Source of the DNA: Pseudomonas sp.
Lineage (GTDB): Bacteria; Pseudomonadota; Gammaproteobacteria; Pseudomonadales; Pseudomonadaceae
Assembly (NCBI RefSeq): GCF_049645325.1
Contig: NZ_JBARTQ010000245.1
Location: 4,447 to 68,446 of the forward strand
Direction: 5' to 3'
DNA: 64,000 nucleotides
A program made the position numbers and the translations under genes. This document shows, piece after piece, positions 26,416 through 36,187 of the stretch. The notes beneath the pieces are model-generated. The model was not told the DNA's origin. It was given only the letters and a program-made list of their open reading frames with translations, and ran no database searches. The first letter of the stretch is position 1, and every line of letters starts with the position of its first letter.

Positions 26416-28490
26416 ACGGCTTTTTTACCGGCATGCCCCCTGCGAAAGACTGGTTCTACGGCGTTCGAACCTTCGCAGCATCAATGATCGCCTTGTACAT
26501 CGCCATGCTCATGCAAATGCCGCGTCCGTATTGGGCGATGGCCACCGTGTATATCGTCTCCAGCCCGTTTGTCGGCCCTACCAGTTCGAAGGCGCTGTAC
26601 CGTGCTGTCGGCACCTTCATGGGGGCGGCCGCCGCGGTGATTTTTGTGCCGATGTTTGTGCAGGCGCCTTATGTGCTGGTGGTGGTGATTGCGCTGTGGA
26701 CGGGCATCTTGCTGTTCCTGTCCATGCACCTGCGCACGGCCAATAACTACGCGCTGATGCTCGCCGGCTACACCTTGCCGCTGATTGCGCTGCCGGTGGT
26801 GGATAACCCGTTGGCGGTGTGGGACGTGGCAGAGGCGCGGACCGAAGAAATCTTCCTCGGCATTGCCGTCGCCGCCGTGGTGGGCGCGATGTTCTGGCCG
26901 CGCCGGCTGATGCCGGTGTTCGACGACTCGGTAGCCAAGTGGTTTGCCGACGCGCAGGTCTACAGTCGACGCTTTTTGACCCGCAATGTGGACATTGAAG
27001 AAATCAGCACGCTGCGGGGCGGCATGGTCGCTACCTTCAACACCCTGGAATTGATGATCGGCCAGTTACCCCACGAAGGCGCGCGGCCGCAGACGGTGCG
27101 CAACACCAAGGAACTGCGCGGGCGCATGATTCACCTGCTGCCCGTGGTGGATGCCCTCGACGATGCGCTGTATGCCATCGAGCACCGCGCGCCGGAGTTT
27201 CTCGACCGCCTCGCGCCGATGCTGGAAGCCGCCGATGAATGGCTGGAAAGCACACAGGACAGTGCTCCGCTGGAACGCTGGCGTGCCCTGCGTGATCAAC
27301 TCGACGCGCTGCAGCCTCAGGGCGAAGCACTCGATGACCGCCACACGCTGCTGTTCTCCAACGCCCTGTACCGCCTCGGCGAGTGGATCGACCTGTGGCA
27401 AGACTGCCGCAGCCTGCAAGCCGCGATCCAGTGCGAAAGCCAGGACACCTGGCGCGCCGTGTATCGCCACTGGCGCCTGGGCCGGCTTACGCCGTTCCTC
27501 GACCGTGGCCTGATGTTCTACTCGGCGTTTTCCACCGTGAGCGCGATCATCGTCGCCTCGGTGCTGTGGATTCTGCTGGGCTGGACCGACGGCGGCAGCG
27601 CGGTGATCCTGGCGGCGGTGGCATGCAGCTTTTTCGCCACGATGGACGACCCGGCGCCGCAGATTTACCGGTTCTTTTTCTGGACCGCGATGTCGGTGCT
27701 GTTCGCCAGCCTTTATCTGTTTCTGGTACTGCCCAACCTGCATGACTTCCCGATGCTGGTGCTGGCGTTTGCCGTGCCGTTTATCTGCATCGGCACGCTC
27801 ACCGTGCAGCCGCGCTTCTACCTCGGCATGTTGCTGACGCTGGTGAACACCTCGTCATTCATCAGCATCCAGGGCGCCTACGACGCTGACTTTCTGAACT
27901 TCGCCAACGTCAACCTGGCCGGGCCCGTGGGCTTGCTGTTTGCGTTTGTGTGGACCCTGATCGCACGGCCTTTCGGCGCCGAGCTGGCGGCCAAACGCCT
28001 GACCCGTTTCAGCTGGCGCGACATTGTCAGCCTCACCGAGCCTGCGACCCTGGCCGAACACCGGCACATGGCCGCGCAAATGCTCGACCGCCTGATGCAG
28101 CACCTGCCGCGCCTTGCCCTGATCGGCCACGACACCGGCAGCGCGCTGCGCGATTTGCGCGTGGCGCTGAACCTGCTCGACCTGCTGGCCTACTCGCCGC
28201 GCATCTACGGCGTGCCGCGTGTGTTGCTCAACCAGGTGGTGGAAGGCGTGGGCGGTTACTTCAAGGCGTGCCTCAAGGCGGGTGAACGCTTGCCCGCGCC
28301 GAGCGGTCTGCTGATGACCCTGGACCGCACGCGCCGCGCCCTCAACGGCCAGGGCCTGCAAGACGAAGACGATACCCGCCTGCATTTGCTGCACGCACTG
28401 GCCGGCTTGCGCCTGTCGTTGCTGCCGGGCGTGGAATTTATTGGCGGCACCGAGATGGAAGCGCCGCTGCCTGATGGAGCGCCTTTATGA
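26412..28490 (+). CDS. FUSC-family (fusaric acid resistance / AaeB-like) inner-membrane efflux protein
   Basis: 692 aa with two hydrophobic blocks separated by a helical cytoplasmic region. Its context (DUF1656, HlyD and OMF genes) is typical of this operon type. Confidence 0.85.
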   Translation: MNGFFTGMPPAKDWFYGVRTFAASMIALYIAMLMQMPRPYWAMATVYIVSSPFVGPTSSKALYRAVGTFMGAAAAVIFVPMFVQAPYVLVVVIALWTGILLFLSMHLRTANNYALMLAGYTLPLIALPVVDNPLAVWDVAEARTEEIFLGIAVAAVVGAMFWPRRLMPVFDDSVAKWFADAQVYSRRFLTRNVDIEEISTLRGGMVATFNTLELMIGQLPHEGARPQTVRNTKELRGRMIHLLPVVDALDDALYAIEHRAPEFLDRLAPMLEAADEWLESTQDSAPLERWRALRDQLDALQPQGEALDDRHTLLFSNALYRLGEWIDLWQDCRSLQAAIQCESQDTWRAVYRHWRLGRLTPFLDRGLMFYSAFSTVSAIIVASVLWILLGWTDGGSAVILAAVACSFFATMDDPAPQIYRFFFWTAMSVLFASLYLFLVLPNLHDFPMLVLAFAVPFICIGTLTVQPRFYLGMLLTLVNTSSFISIQGAYDADFLNFANVNLAGPVGLLFAFVWTLIARPFGAELAAKRLTRFSWRDIVSLTEPATLAEHRHMAAQMLDRLMQHLPRLALIGHDTGSALRDLRVALNLLDLLAYSPRIYGVPRVLLNQVVEGVGGYFKACLKAGERLPAPSGLLMTLDRTRRALNGQGLQDEDDTRLHLLHALAGLRLSLLPGVEFIGGTEMEAPLPDGAPL

Positions 28491-28696
28491 TCGGTGATCT
28501 GGATATCAGCGGGGTGTTCCTGCCCACGCTGCTGGTGCTGATGGGCATTACGTACGTGTTGTTTCTGGTGGTGCACGGGCTGTTGACCCGCGTCCACTTC
28601 TATCGCCTGGTCTGGCACCGGGCATTGTTCAATGTGGGGCTCTACGCGCTGTTGCTGGGCGCGGTGGACTCACTCAGTCGATACCTGATGACATGA
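28487..28696 (+). CDS. DUF1656 (AaeX-like) small membrane protein
   Basis: 69 aa with 2 TM segments. It overlaps both neighbours by 4 nt. Confidence 0.75.
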   Translation: MIGDLDISGVFLPTLLVLMGITYVLFLVVHGLLTRVHFYRLVWHRALFNVGLYALLLGAVDSLSRYLMT

Positions 28697-29583
28697 AAAA
28701 ACCTTTTTTGACCATCGGCCGTGTAGTCCTGACGTTGTTGATCGTGACCTTCGCGGTCGTCGTTGTGTGGCGCATGGTCATGTACTACATGTTTGCGCCC
28801 TGGACCCGTGACGGGCATATCCGTGCCGACATCGTGCAGATCGCCCCGGACGTGTCCGGGCTGATCCAGCAAGTCGACGTGCGCGACAACCAGTTGGTGA
28901 CCAAGGGCCAGGTGCTCTTTGCCGTTGACCAGGACCGCTTCAAGCTGGCCCTGCGCCAAGCCCAGGCTGCCGTGGCCGACCGCCAGGAAACCCTGGCCCA
29001 GGCCAACCGCGAGTACAAACGTAACCGCGGTCTGGGCAACCTGGTGCCGAGCGAGCAACTGGAAGAAAGCCAGTCCCGCGTGGCCCGCGCCCAATCGGCC
29101 CTGGCCGAAGCGCAGGTGACGGTGGATTCGGCCCAGCTCAACCTCGACCGTTCGGTGATCCGCAGCCCCGTGGACGGTTACGTCAACGACCGCGCACCGC
29201 GTGCGCAGGAATTCGTGACCGCCGGGCGCCCGGTGCTGTCGGTGGTGGACAGCAATTCCTTCCACATCGACGGTTATTTCGAAGAAACCAAGCTCGACGG
29301 TATCCACGTCGGCATGGCTGTGGACATTCGTGTGATAGGCGACAACGCGCGCCTGCGTGGCCATGTACAAAGCATCGTCGCCGGCATCGAAGACCGTGAC
29401 CGCAGCAGCGGCTCCAACCTGCTGCCCAACGTCAACCCGGCATTCAGCTGGGTGCGCCTGGCCCAGCGGATTCCGGTGCGGATTGCCTTTGATGATGTGC
29501 CGGCGGATTTCCGCATGATCGCCGGGCGCACGGCGACGGTGTCGATCATCGGCGAAAAGGTTAAAGACGGAGACAAACAATGA
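28693..29583 (+). CDS. HlyD/AaeA-family efflux adaptor
   Basis: 296 aa with an N-terminal TM and lipoyl motifs (IAPDVSGLIQQVDVRDNQLVTKGQVLFAVD; IRSPVDGYVNDR). Confidence 0.9.
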   Translation: MKKPFLTIGRVVLTLLIVTFAVVVVWRMVMYYMFAPWTRDGHIRADIVQIAPDVSGLIQQVDVRDNQLVTKGQVLFAVDQDRFKLALRQAQAAVADRQETLAQANREYKRNRGLGNLVPSEQLEESQSRVARAQSALAEAQVTVDSAQLNLDRSVIRSPVDGYVNDRAPRAQEFVTAGRPVLSVVDSNSFHIDGYFEETKLDGIHVGMAVDIRVIGDNARLRGHVQSIVAGIEDRDRSSGSNLLPNVNPAFSWVRLAQRIPVRIAFDDVPADFRMIAGRTATVSIIGEKVKDGDKQ

Positions 29584-31022
29584 AGCAGCTTCTGGCAACC
29601 GCTGCGCTGGGGTTGTTGCTGTCGGCCTGCCAAGTGGTGGGCCCGGATTACAAGCTGCCGGAAACGTCCGCCGTCAACCGCGGCGACCTGCAAGGGCAGC
29701 TCGCGGGCGAAGGCAACAACGTGGTGTCGGCGCCCGTGCCGGCCGACTGGTGGAAGCTCTACAACGACCCGCGCCTGGATGCGCTGGTGCGCCAGGCCAT
29801 GGCCTCGAACACCGACCTGCGCGTGGCTGCGGCCAACTTGCAGCGCGCGCGTTATCAGACCGAACAGGCGGAGTCTGCCGGTGGCTGGAGCGTCGGCGCC
29901 AAGGCTGAGGCCCAGCGCCTGCAGGAATCGGGCGAAGCCTATCTGCTGACGGAAAAAGTCCCGGTGGCCAACATCGGCAGCGCCAGCATCAGCACGTCCT
30001 ACCAGTTCGACCTGTTCGGCACCTTGCAGCGTGGCATCGAAAGCGCTCACGCCAGCGCCGATGCGGCCCAGGCGGCTGCCGACATTGCGCGCATTACGCT
30101 GGTGGCGGACGTGGTGCGTTCCTACACCCAAGTGTGTGCGGCCAACGAAGAACTGGCGATTGCCAACGAGTCCCTCGACCTGCAAGCCCAGAGCACCAAG
30201 CTGACCCAGCGCCTGCGTGACGCCGGGCGTGGTGACGAAACCCAGGTAACCCGCTCGCAAACCCAATACAAATCCTTGCGCGCCGACATGCCGCGTTACG
30301 AGGCCGCGCGCCAGGCCGGGTTGTTCCGCCTGTCGATGCTGCTGGCCAAGCCGCTCGACCAATTGCCAGCGGGCACCGGCACCTGTGCCGAACTGCCCCG
30401 CATCGCCCAATTGCTGCCCGTGGGCGACGGCGCCGCGCTGCTCAAGCGCCGCCCCGACGTGCGCCAGGCCGAACGCCAACTGGCTGCGGCTACCGCGCGT
30501 ATCGGCGTGGCCACCGGCGCGCTGTACCCGGATATCAGCATCGGTGCCACCGTGGGCACCGTCGGTATTCTGGATGACTTGGGCACACCCGCCACCAACC
30601 GCTGGGGTTTTGGCCCGCTGATCAGCTGGACAGTGCCGACCAACGGCGCCCGCGCACGCATTCACGAAGCCGAGGCCGCCACCCAGGGCGCCCTGGCGCA
30701 CTTCGACGGGGTGGTGCTCAACGCCATCCGCGAGACCCAGACCGGCCTTGCGCAGTACACCGCGCAGTTGCAGCGCCGTGACGCGTTGGCGGATGCCGGT
30801 GCATCGGCCAAGGAAGCGGCAGGGCAGACGCATCGCTTCTTCCAGGCAGGTCGCGCGTCGTTTTTGGCCGACCTGCAGGCCACGCGCACCTACACCGATG
30901 TACGTGCGCAACTGGCGGCGGCCAACACCCAAGTTGCCATGAGCCAGATCGATCTGTTCCTGGCCCTGGGCGGCGGTTGGGAAAGCGGACGAACGCAAGC
31001 ATCACAGCCCGGCAAACCCTGA
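29580..31022 (+). CDS. Efflux outer-membrane factor lipoprotein (NodT family)
   Basis: 480 aa with a 4-nt overlap with the adaptor gene. It has a lipobox (LLLSAC) and the OMF C-terminus (LFLALGGGW). Confidence 0.9.
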   Translation: MKQLLATAALGLLLSACQVVGPDYKLPETSAVNRGDLQGQLAGEGNNVVSAPVPADWWKLYNDPRLDALVRQAMASNTDLRVAAANLQRARYQTEQAESAGGWSVGAKAEAQRLQESGEAYLLTEKVPVANIGSASISTSYQFDLFGTLQRGIESAHASADAAQAAADIARITLVADVVRSYTQVCAANEELAIANESLDLQAQSTKLTQRLRDAGRGDETQVTRSQTQYKSLRADMPRYEAARQAGLFRLSMLLAKPLDQLPAGTGTCAELPRIAQLLPVGDGAALLKRRPDVRQAERQLAAATARIGVATGALYPDISIGATVGTVGILDDLGTPATNRWGFGPLISWTVPTNGARARIHEAEAATQGALAHFDGVVLNAIRETQTGLAQYTAQLQRRDALADAGASAKEAAGQTHRFFQAGRASFLADLQATRTYTDVRAQLAAANTQVAMSQIDLFLALGGGWESGRTQASQPGKP

Positions 31023-31117
31023 GCGAAACGCTATGCTTTGACAGGCGGACCCCCGGGGTTTTTTAACCCACGGCATCCGCCTGCCACTGCTCGCGTTTGC
31101 TCATGGGGATTCCAATA

Positions 31118-31750
31118 ATGAAAAACCCTTATGCTCCCGCTTTCTGGTGCGTTTGCTTCGCACTGGTGTTGTTATCGGCTGCCTATTTCTACGGCGTCAT
31201 GCTTGCCCACCAAATCGACAAGGCCATGGTGTTTCTCGACAGTGCCTGTCTGGTGATCGGCACCTTGTCCATTGGCGTGGTCGCCTGGGCGTCCTATCAA
31301 AATCAACGTGTGAAGAAAAAGCTGCTGGAACAGGGCAAGACGCGCGTGGCGATCTGGGACACCAAAGTGGCGTTGCGCCGCGTTGAAACCGTGTTCGACC
31401 GCTATTTCTGGGGCAGCTATTGGCAGCCTGGGCGGACGTTTCAGGAAGTCATGGGCGAGCTGACCGGCACACCGCTTGAAAAAAGCCTCGAAGCCCTGAA
31501 AAAACAATGCGTGCTGCTCGACAAACAGGTGGCCGACGGCAGGCATTGGCTGAATAACGCGCGGGAATTATCCGACGTGGCCAACGCCATGGCCCGCGAA
31601 CGCTACCAGCTGGACTTCTGCGACCCCAAGTCCGACACCCCGGGCAACGCCGTGATACACCGCGAGTTTGAGGTGTTGGTGTACACCTGGACGGCACGCC
31701 TGAAGAGTTTTGATCATCAGCTTGATGAGGTTGAATTGGAGTACTCGTGA
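31118..31750 (+). CDS. Hypothetical 2-TM membrane protein with a ~130-aa helical cytoplasmic tail
   Basis: The ORF is 31097-31750. ATG 31118 is preferred because GGGGA lies 8 nt upstream. It has two N-terminal TM helices, and the gene is visibly AT-richer than its neighbours. No family was recognised. Confidence 0.6.
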   Translation: MKNPYAPAFWCVCFALVLLSAAYFYGVMLAHQIDKAMVFLDSACLVIGTLSIGVVAWASYQNQRVKKKLLEQGKTRVAIWDTKVALRRVETVFDRYFWGSYWQPGRTFQEVMGELTGTPLEKSLEALKKQCVLLDKQVADGRHWLNNARELSDVANAMARERYQLDFCDPKSDTPGNAVIHREFEVLVYTWTARLKSFDHQLDEVELEYS

Positions 31751-31898
31751 ACCAACTGCTGGCCTGACCCCTCTGAGAAAACTGGGCCGTACGCGGCTGC
31801 CAGTGCTAATCTTCCCCCGTTTTCGGCGGGCTTGAGCCAACCCCTTCGGGGTTCAAGGAAGACAGCCCACTTCTCACAGGATTTGATCAGGTCACTTC

Positions 31899-33395
31899 AT
31901 GAATAAGCCAGCAGTTGTTTTCTTGAGTTTCGTTGTCGCCGTTGGCGTCGTCAGTGCAGGCGGCGCCTGGTACACCGGTAAGCAACTGGAGCCGGTGCTG
32001 CAAACCGCGATCCAGAACGCCAACAAGGAACTGCAGACCTCCATGGCCGGAGTCGACGGCACCGTGAGCCTGGAGCTGGTCTCGCTGGACCGTGGCCTGT
32101 TCAGCAGCACCGCCCACTACCGCCTGAAAGGTCAAGGCACGGTGTTCGGTGAAGACAACCCGAACCCTGAACTGCTGTTTGTCGACCATATCGAACACGG
32201 CCCGCTGCCGTTCTCGCGCCTGGTGTCGCTCAAGTGGCTGCCGGTCATGGCCACCAGTCACTACGAACTGGAAAAGAACGCCACCACTGAAAAATGGTTT
32301 GCCGCCAGCAAAGACGTGTCGCCGCTCAAGGGCGTAGCCAACATCGGCTACAACCGTTCGGTCAACGGCAACGTCGAGCTGCTGCCCCTGGAGATCAAGG
32401 ACGACAAGTCCTCGGTGAGCTTCTCCGGCGCCAACCTGGACTTCGACGGCACCGCCGAAGGCCAGAAGGTCAAGGCAGAGGGCTTCATGAACAGCCTGAA
32501 GGTCTCGGCAATCGATGCCAACGGCGCGCCGTTCGAAGCCGAACTGGCTGGCTTGACCGTGGCCAGCAACCTGGAAAAATCCACCTTTGGTTTCTACACC
32601 GGCCAGAACACCGTTGAGCTGACCGACACCAAGGTTACCTTCGGCCCGCAGAAAGCCGTGCTGACCCTCAAGGGCTTCGAGCAGAAAGACACTAGCGAGA
32701 CCAAAGACAACAACCTGGCCGGCCGCGTCGACTACAAAATCGACGAGATTGGTTACCAGGGCAAGCCGGTCGGCTCGGCCGCCATGGCCCTGAGTATGAA
32801 GAACATCGACATCCCGGCCATGCTGGTGCTGACCAAGCTCTACCAGGACAAGATGCAGCCGATTCAAGCTGCTGCCGCTGCCGGCCAACCGGTGCCTGAG
32901 CTGCAACTGACCGAAGCCGAGCAAGCCCTGGCCGAAGCCAACGTCAACCAGGTGCTGGCTGCCAAGCCGCAAGTGGCAGTGGAAAACCTGTCGCTGAAAA
33001 CCACCCATGGCGAAAGCAAGTTCAACCTCGTCGTCGACCTGACCAAGCCCGCCTCCATGGAGCTGCCGCCGGTTGAGTTGGGCAAGCAAGTCATCGCGCT
33101 GCTGGATGCCAACCTGACCCTGTCCAAGCCGATGATCGGCGACGTCGCCGCCCTGCAAGCACAGGTGGGCGGTGTAACTGACCCTAAAGCCATCGAACAG
33201 CAATCGCAGATGGCGGCCGAAATGGTCAGCGGGATGGCAGTCGGTACTCAACTGGCGACCCTGGTCGGCACCGACGTGGTTTCCAAGCTGCATTACGCCA
33301 ACAATGAAGTGACCTTCAACGGCCAGAAGATGACCGTTGAGCAATTCATTGGCTTCGTCATGGCCAAAGTCGGTGCGGTCAGCGGCGCGCAGTAA
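31899..33395 (+). CDS. YdgA/DUF945-family periplasmic protein
   Basis: 498 aa with an N-terminal anchor (MNKPAVVFLSFVVAVGVVSAGGAWYTGKQLE), typical of YdgA. Confidence 0.8.
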   Translation: MNKPAVVFLSFVVAVGVVSAGGAWYTGKQLEPVLQTAIQNANKELQTSMAGVDGTVSLELVSLDRGLFSSTAHYRLKGQGTVFGEDNPNPELLFVDHIEHGPLPFSRLVSLKWLPVMATSHYELEKNATTEKWFAASKDVSPLKGVANIGYNRSVNGNVELLPLEIKDDKSSVSFSGANLDFDGTAEGQKVKAEGFMNSLKVSAIDANGAPFEAELAGLTVASNLEKSTFGFYTGQNTVELTDTKVTFGPQKAVLTLKGFEQKDTSETKDNNLAGRVDYKIDEIGYQGKPVGSAAMALSMKNIDIPAMLVLTKLYQDKMQPIQAAAAAGQPVPELQLTEAEQALAEANVNQVLAAKPQVAVENLSLKTTHGESKFNLVVDLTKPASMELPPVELGKQVIALLDANLTLSKPMIGDVAALQAQVGGVTDPKAIEQQSQMAAEMVSGMAVGTQLATLVGTDVVSKLHYANNEVTFNGQKMTVEQFIGFVMAKVGAVSGAQ

Positions 33396-33396
33396 G

Positions 33397-33513
33397 ATTT
33401 CTCACTGCATTGAGAAATAAATAGTGGGGGCGTCGGGTTGCCCTGAGACAGCGGTCAAACAGCTGGCGTACAGGCCATCTGTCACTGCTCAGATCAGGCA
33501 ACTCGGCGCCCCC
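33397..33513 (+). terminator. Structured 3' region after ydgA: an 8-bp AT-rich hairpin followed by a long imperfect GC-rich stem-loop
   Basis: ATTTCTCA-CTGCAT-TGAGAAAT lies at 33397-33418. GGGGGCGTCGGGTTGCC...GGCAACTCGGCGCCCCC lies at 33426-33513. There is no clean U-tract, so function as a terminator is assumed from position only. Confidence 0.4.
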
Positions 33514-33694
33514 ATTGATTATTCTGCTCACAGCGCAATTCTGAACAATTGTTCTGAATTTGCCTTTCCCCTACTTTCCTAAGGGATAGTTCCTACAGGA
33601 AAGCTAGGCCGGGTCATTAGACGCCGGCACCCTGATGCAGTTTGCTCAGGACCACCTATCGTTACAGCTTTCCGTGTGTAAGGAAGCTCACGAT

Positions 33695-36175
33695 ATGCTG
33701 CGAAACCTACCACTCAGTGCTTCAGGCCGGTTGCGACTGCTCATCGGGGCGGCCTTGTGCAGCCAATTGCTGATGCCTGCATTCGCCCTGGCCGACCCGG
33801 CCTACGATGCCCTGATCATCCAGGCGCGTAACGGCAACTTCACACCCGCCCTCACTCAACTGCGCCAACTGCCGGCTGAACGCCAGACGCCGGGGCAGAT
33901 CAGTGATCACCTGGTGATTGCCGGTTGGGCCGGGCAAGACGCCGAAGTGCTCAAGGTGTACGAGGCGCAGGGCAAAAATCGCAACCTGACCACCCAGGCG
34001 CTCGCCACGGTGGCCCGTACCTATCGTAATCAAAAGCAGTGGCCGCAAGCCTTGGCGGTTTACCAGCAGGCGCTGCTGCGCGAGCCGAATAATGTCGACC
34101 TGCAACTGGGCCAGGCCCTGACCCAGGCCGACGGCGGCCAAACTGATGAAGCGGTGCGACGCACGCGCGCGCTGGTGGCGGCCAACCCCAATGACCCGAA
34201 CCGGCGCATGGCCCTGGGCTATGCGCTGACTCGCGCGGGCCTGAATTACGACGCCTTGTTCGAATTTGACCAGGCTTTCATCCGCGCCGGCGACAAGCCC
34301 GAGGTGGTGCGTGAATATATTGTTGCGCTGCAAAAGGCCCGCTTGCCGGAACCGGCGCTGCGCCTGTCAGCCAAGCACCCGGGCGTGCTCGACGCCGTCA
34401 CCCAGCGCCGCTTGGAAGGCGACCTCGCCGCCGAGCGCGTGCGCATGGCCGAGTTCGCCACGCGCACCGAGAAAGAACGCTACGTGATCGCCGATCGCGC
34501 CCTCAGCGATTACGACCAACTGCTCGCCCGCTGGACCCCGGACGCGAGTGCGCATGACGACGTGGTGCGCTGGCGCATCGACCGCCTCGGCGCGCTCAAG
34601 GCGCGGGCGCGCACCGCCGACGTGATCCGCGAGTACCAGACCCTCAACGGCGAAGGCGTGCAGTTGCCCACTTATGCCCTGCGCTGGGTGGCCGCGTCTT
34701 ACCTCGACCAGCGCCAGCCGGAACAAGCCGAGCCGCTGTATCGCCAAGTGTTGAGCGCCCCGGATGCCGACGCCAGCTACCGCGTCGACGACAGCACGGC
34801 ACTGTTTTATGCCTTGCTGGAAAGCGACAAGGTGAACGAGGCACGTGTGGTCGCCAACGACCTCGCCAGCAGCCAGCAGCCGCGTGTCGAGCTCAAGGGC
34901 TTGCCGATCGGCAACCCCAACGACAATTGGATGGACGCCCAGCAACTGTCGGCCCAGGCCGGTACCTACGGCGGCGACTTGCCGGGCAGTGAAGCCGGCC
35001 TGGAAGACCTGGTGTCCAAGGCCCCGGGCAACGTTGGCCTGCGGTTGGCCCAGGCCGACATGTACCGCGCCCGCGACCTGCCACGGCGCGCCGAAGGCAC
35101 CCTCAAGGAAACCGAAGCCCAGGCCCCGCGTGATATCGGCCTGGAAGTGTCCCAGGCCTACACCGCCATGGACCTGCAGGAGTGGCGCCAGATGGACGCC
35201 CTCACCGACGACGTGCTCGCTCGCAACCCGGACAACCGCCAGGTGCAGCGGCTCAGTCGCCTGCGTGATGTACACGACATGGCTGAACTGCGCGTCGAGG
35301 CCTACACCGGTAAAAGCTTTGGCGGCGGCAACAGCGGCGACGCCGGCGCAGTGGCGGGCAGCCGCGACTGGGGCATCGAAAGCGTGCTCTACAGCCCGCC
35401 GATCAACGAGGACTGGCGCGTATTCGCCGGTGCCGGTTACGCCACCGCCGACTTCACCGAAGGCACCGGCCAGCATCGCTGGCAGCGCGTCGGCGTGGAG
35501 CAGCGCACCCGCGACATGACCCTGGAAGCCGAGGTGTCCAACCACTCCTACGGCTTTGGCTCCAAGCAGGGCGCGGCGGTGTCGATCGCCCGTGACATCA
35601 ATGACAACTGGCAGTACGGCGCCAGCCTCGGCTACCTCCTGGCCAGCACGCCGTTGCGCGCGTTGAATGCCGACATCACGGCCAACGGCGGCAGTGGTTT
35701 TATCCGCTGGCGCGAGAACGAAAGCCGCGAGTGGAAACTGTCGTTGAGCCCGTCGCATTTCAGTGACGGCAACAACCGGCTCGAAGCCTTGCTCACCGGG
35801 CGCCAAGGCATCTACAGCTCGCCCAATGTGCAAGTGGACCTGGGCCTGGAAGTCGGCGCCAGCCGCAACACCAAGGAAGACACGATCTACTTCAACCCCA
35901 AGTCTGACCTCAGTGTGTTGCCCACCGTCACGGTCAACCATGTGCTCTATCACCGCTACGAGACCCAGTGGAGCCAGCAGTTCCAGGTCGGTGCAGGTAC
36001 GTATAGCCAGCGGGATTACTCCACCGGTGGCGTCGGGTTGATCGGCTATGGCCAACGCGTTCGCTGGAACGACGTGCTCGAAGCCGGCGCCAACCTGAGC
36101 CTGATCAGCCGCCCTTATGACGGCGATCGCGAACGCGATCTGCGCCTGCTCGTCGACCTCACTTACCGTTTCTAA
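33695..36175 (+). CDS. pgaA: Poly-beta-1,6-N-acetylglucosamine (PNAG) export porin with TPR domain
   Basis: The ORF is 33635-36175. ATG 33695 has AAGGAAG upstream and a signal peptide (LLIGAALCSQLLMPAFALA). N-terminal TPR repeats are followed by a C-terminal beta-barrel ending ...VDLTYRF. pgaBCD follow. Confidence 0.9.
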   Translation: MLRNLPLSASGRLRLLIGAALCSQLLMPAFALADPAYDALIIQARNGNFTPALTQLRQLPAERQTPGQISDHLVIAGWAGQDAEVLKVYEAQGKNRNLTTQALATVARTYRNQKQWPQALAVYQQALLREPNNVDLQLGQALTQADGGQTDEAVRRTRALVAANPNDPNRRMALGYALTRAGLNYDALFEFDQAFIRAGDKPEVVREYIVALQKARLPEPALRLSAKHPGVLDAVTQRRLEGDLAAERVRMAEFATRTEKERYVIADRALSDYDQLLARWTPDASAHDDVVRWRIDRLGALKARARTADVIREYQTLNGEGVQLPTYALRWVAASYLDQRQPEQAEPLYRQVLSAPDADASYRVDDSTALFYALLESDKVNEARVVANDLASSQQPRVELKGLPIGNPNDNWMDAQQLSAQAGTYGGDLPGSEAGLEDLVSKAPGNVGLRLAQADMYRARDLPRRAEGTLKETEAQAPRDIGLEVSQAYTAMDLQEWRQMDALTDDVLARNPDNRQVQRLSRLRDVHDMAELRVEAYTGKSFGGGNSGDAGAVAGSRDWGIESVLYSPPINEDWRVFAGAGYATADFTEGTGQHRWQRVGVEQRTRDMTLEAEVSNHSYGFGSKQGAAVSIARDINDNWQYGASLGYLLASTPLRALNADITANGGSGFIRWRENESREWKLSLSPSHFSDGNNRLEALLTGRQGIYSSPNVQVDLGLEVGASRNTKEDTIYFNPKSDLSVLPTVTVNHVLYHRYETQWSQQFQVGAGTYSQRDYSTGGVGLIGYGQRVRWNDVLEAGANLSLISRPYDGDRERDLRLLVDLTYRF

Positions 36176-36187
36176 AAGAGCCTGACC

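Noticed and set aside
31023-31096. A candidate terminator after the FUSC-operon OMF gene (CAGGCGGA...CCCCGGGGTTTTTT...TCCGCCTG).
   Set aside because: The CCCC/GGGG element has no loop and the outer 8-bp stem encloses a 30-nt loop. This is too weak to call without RNA 3'-end data.
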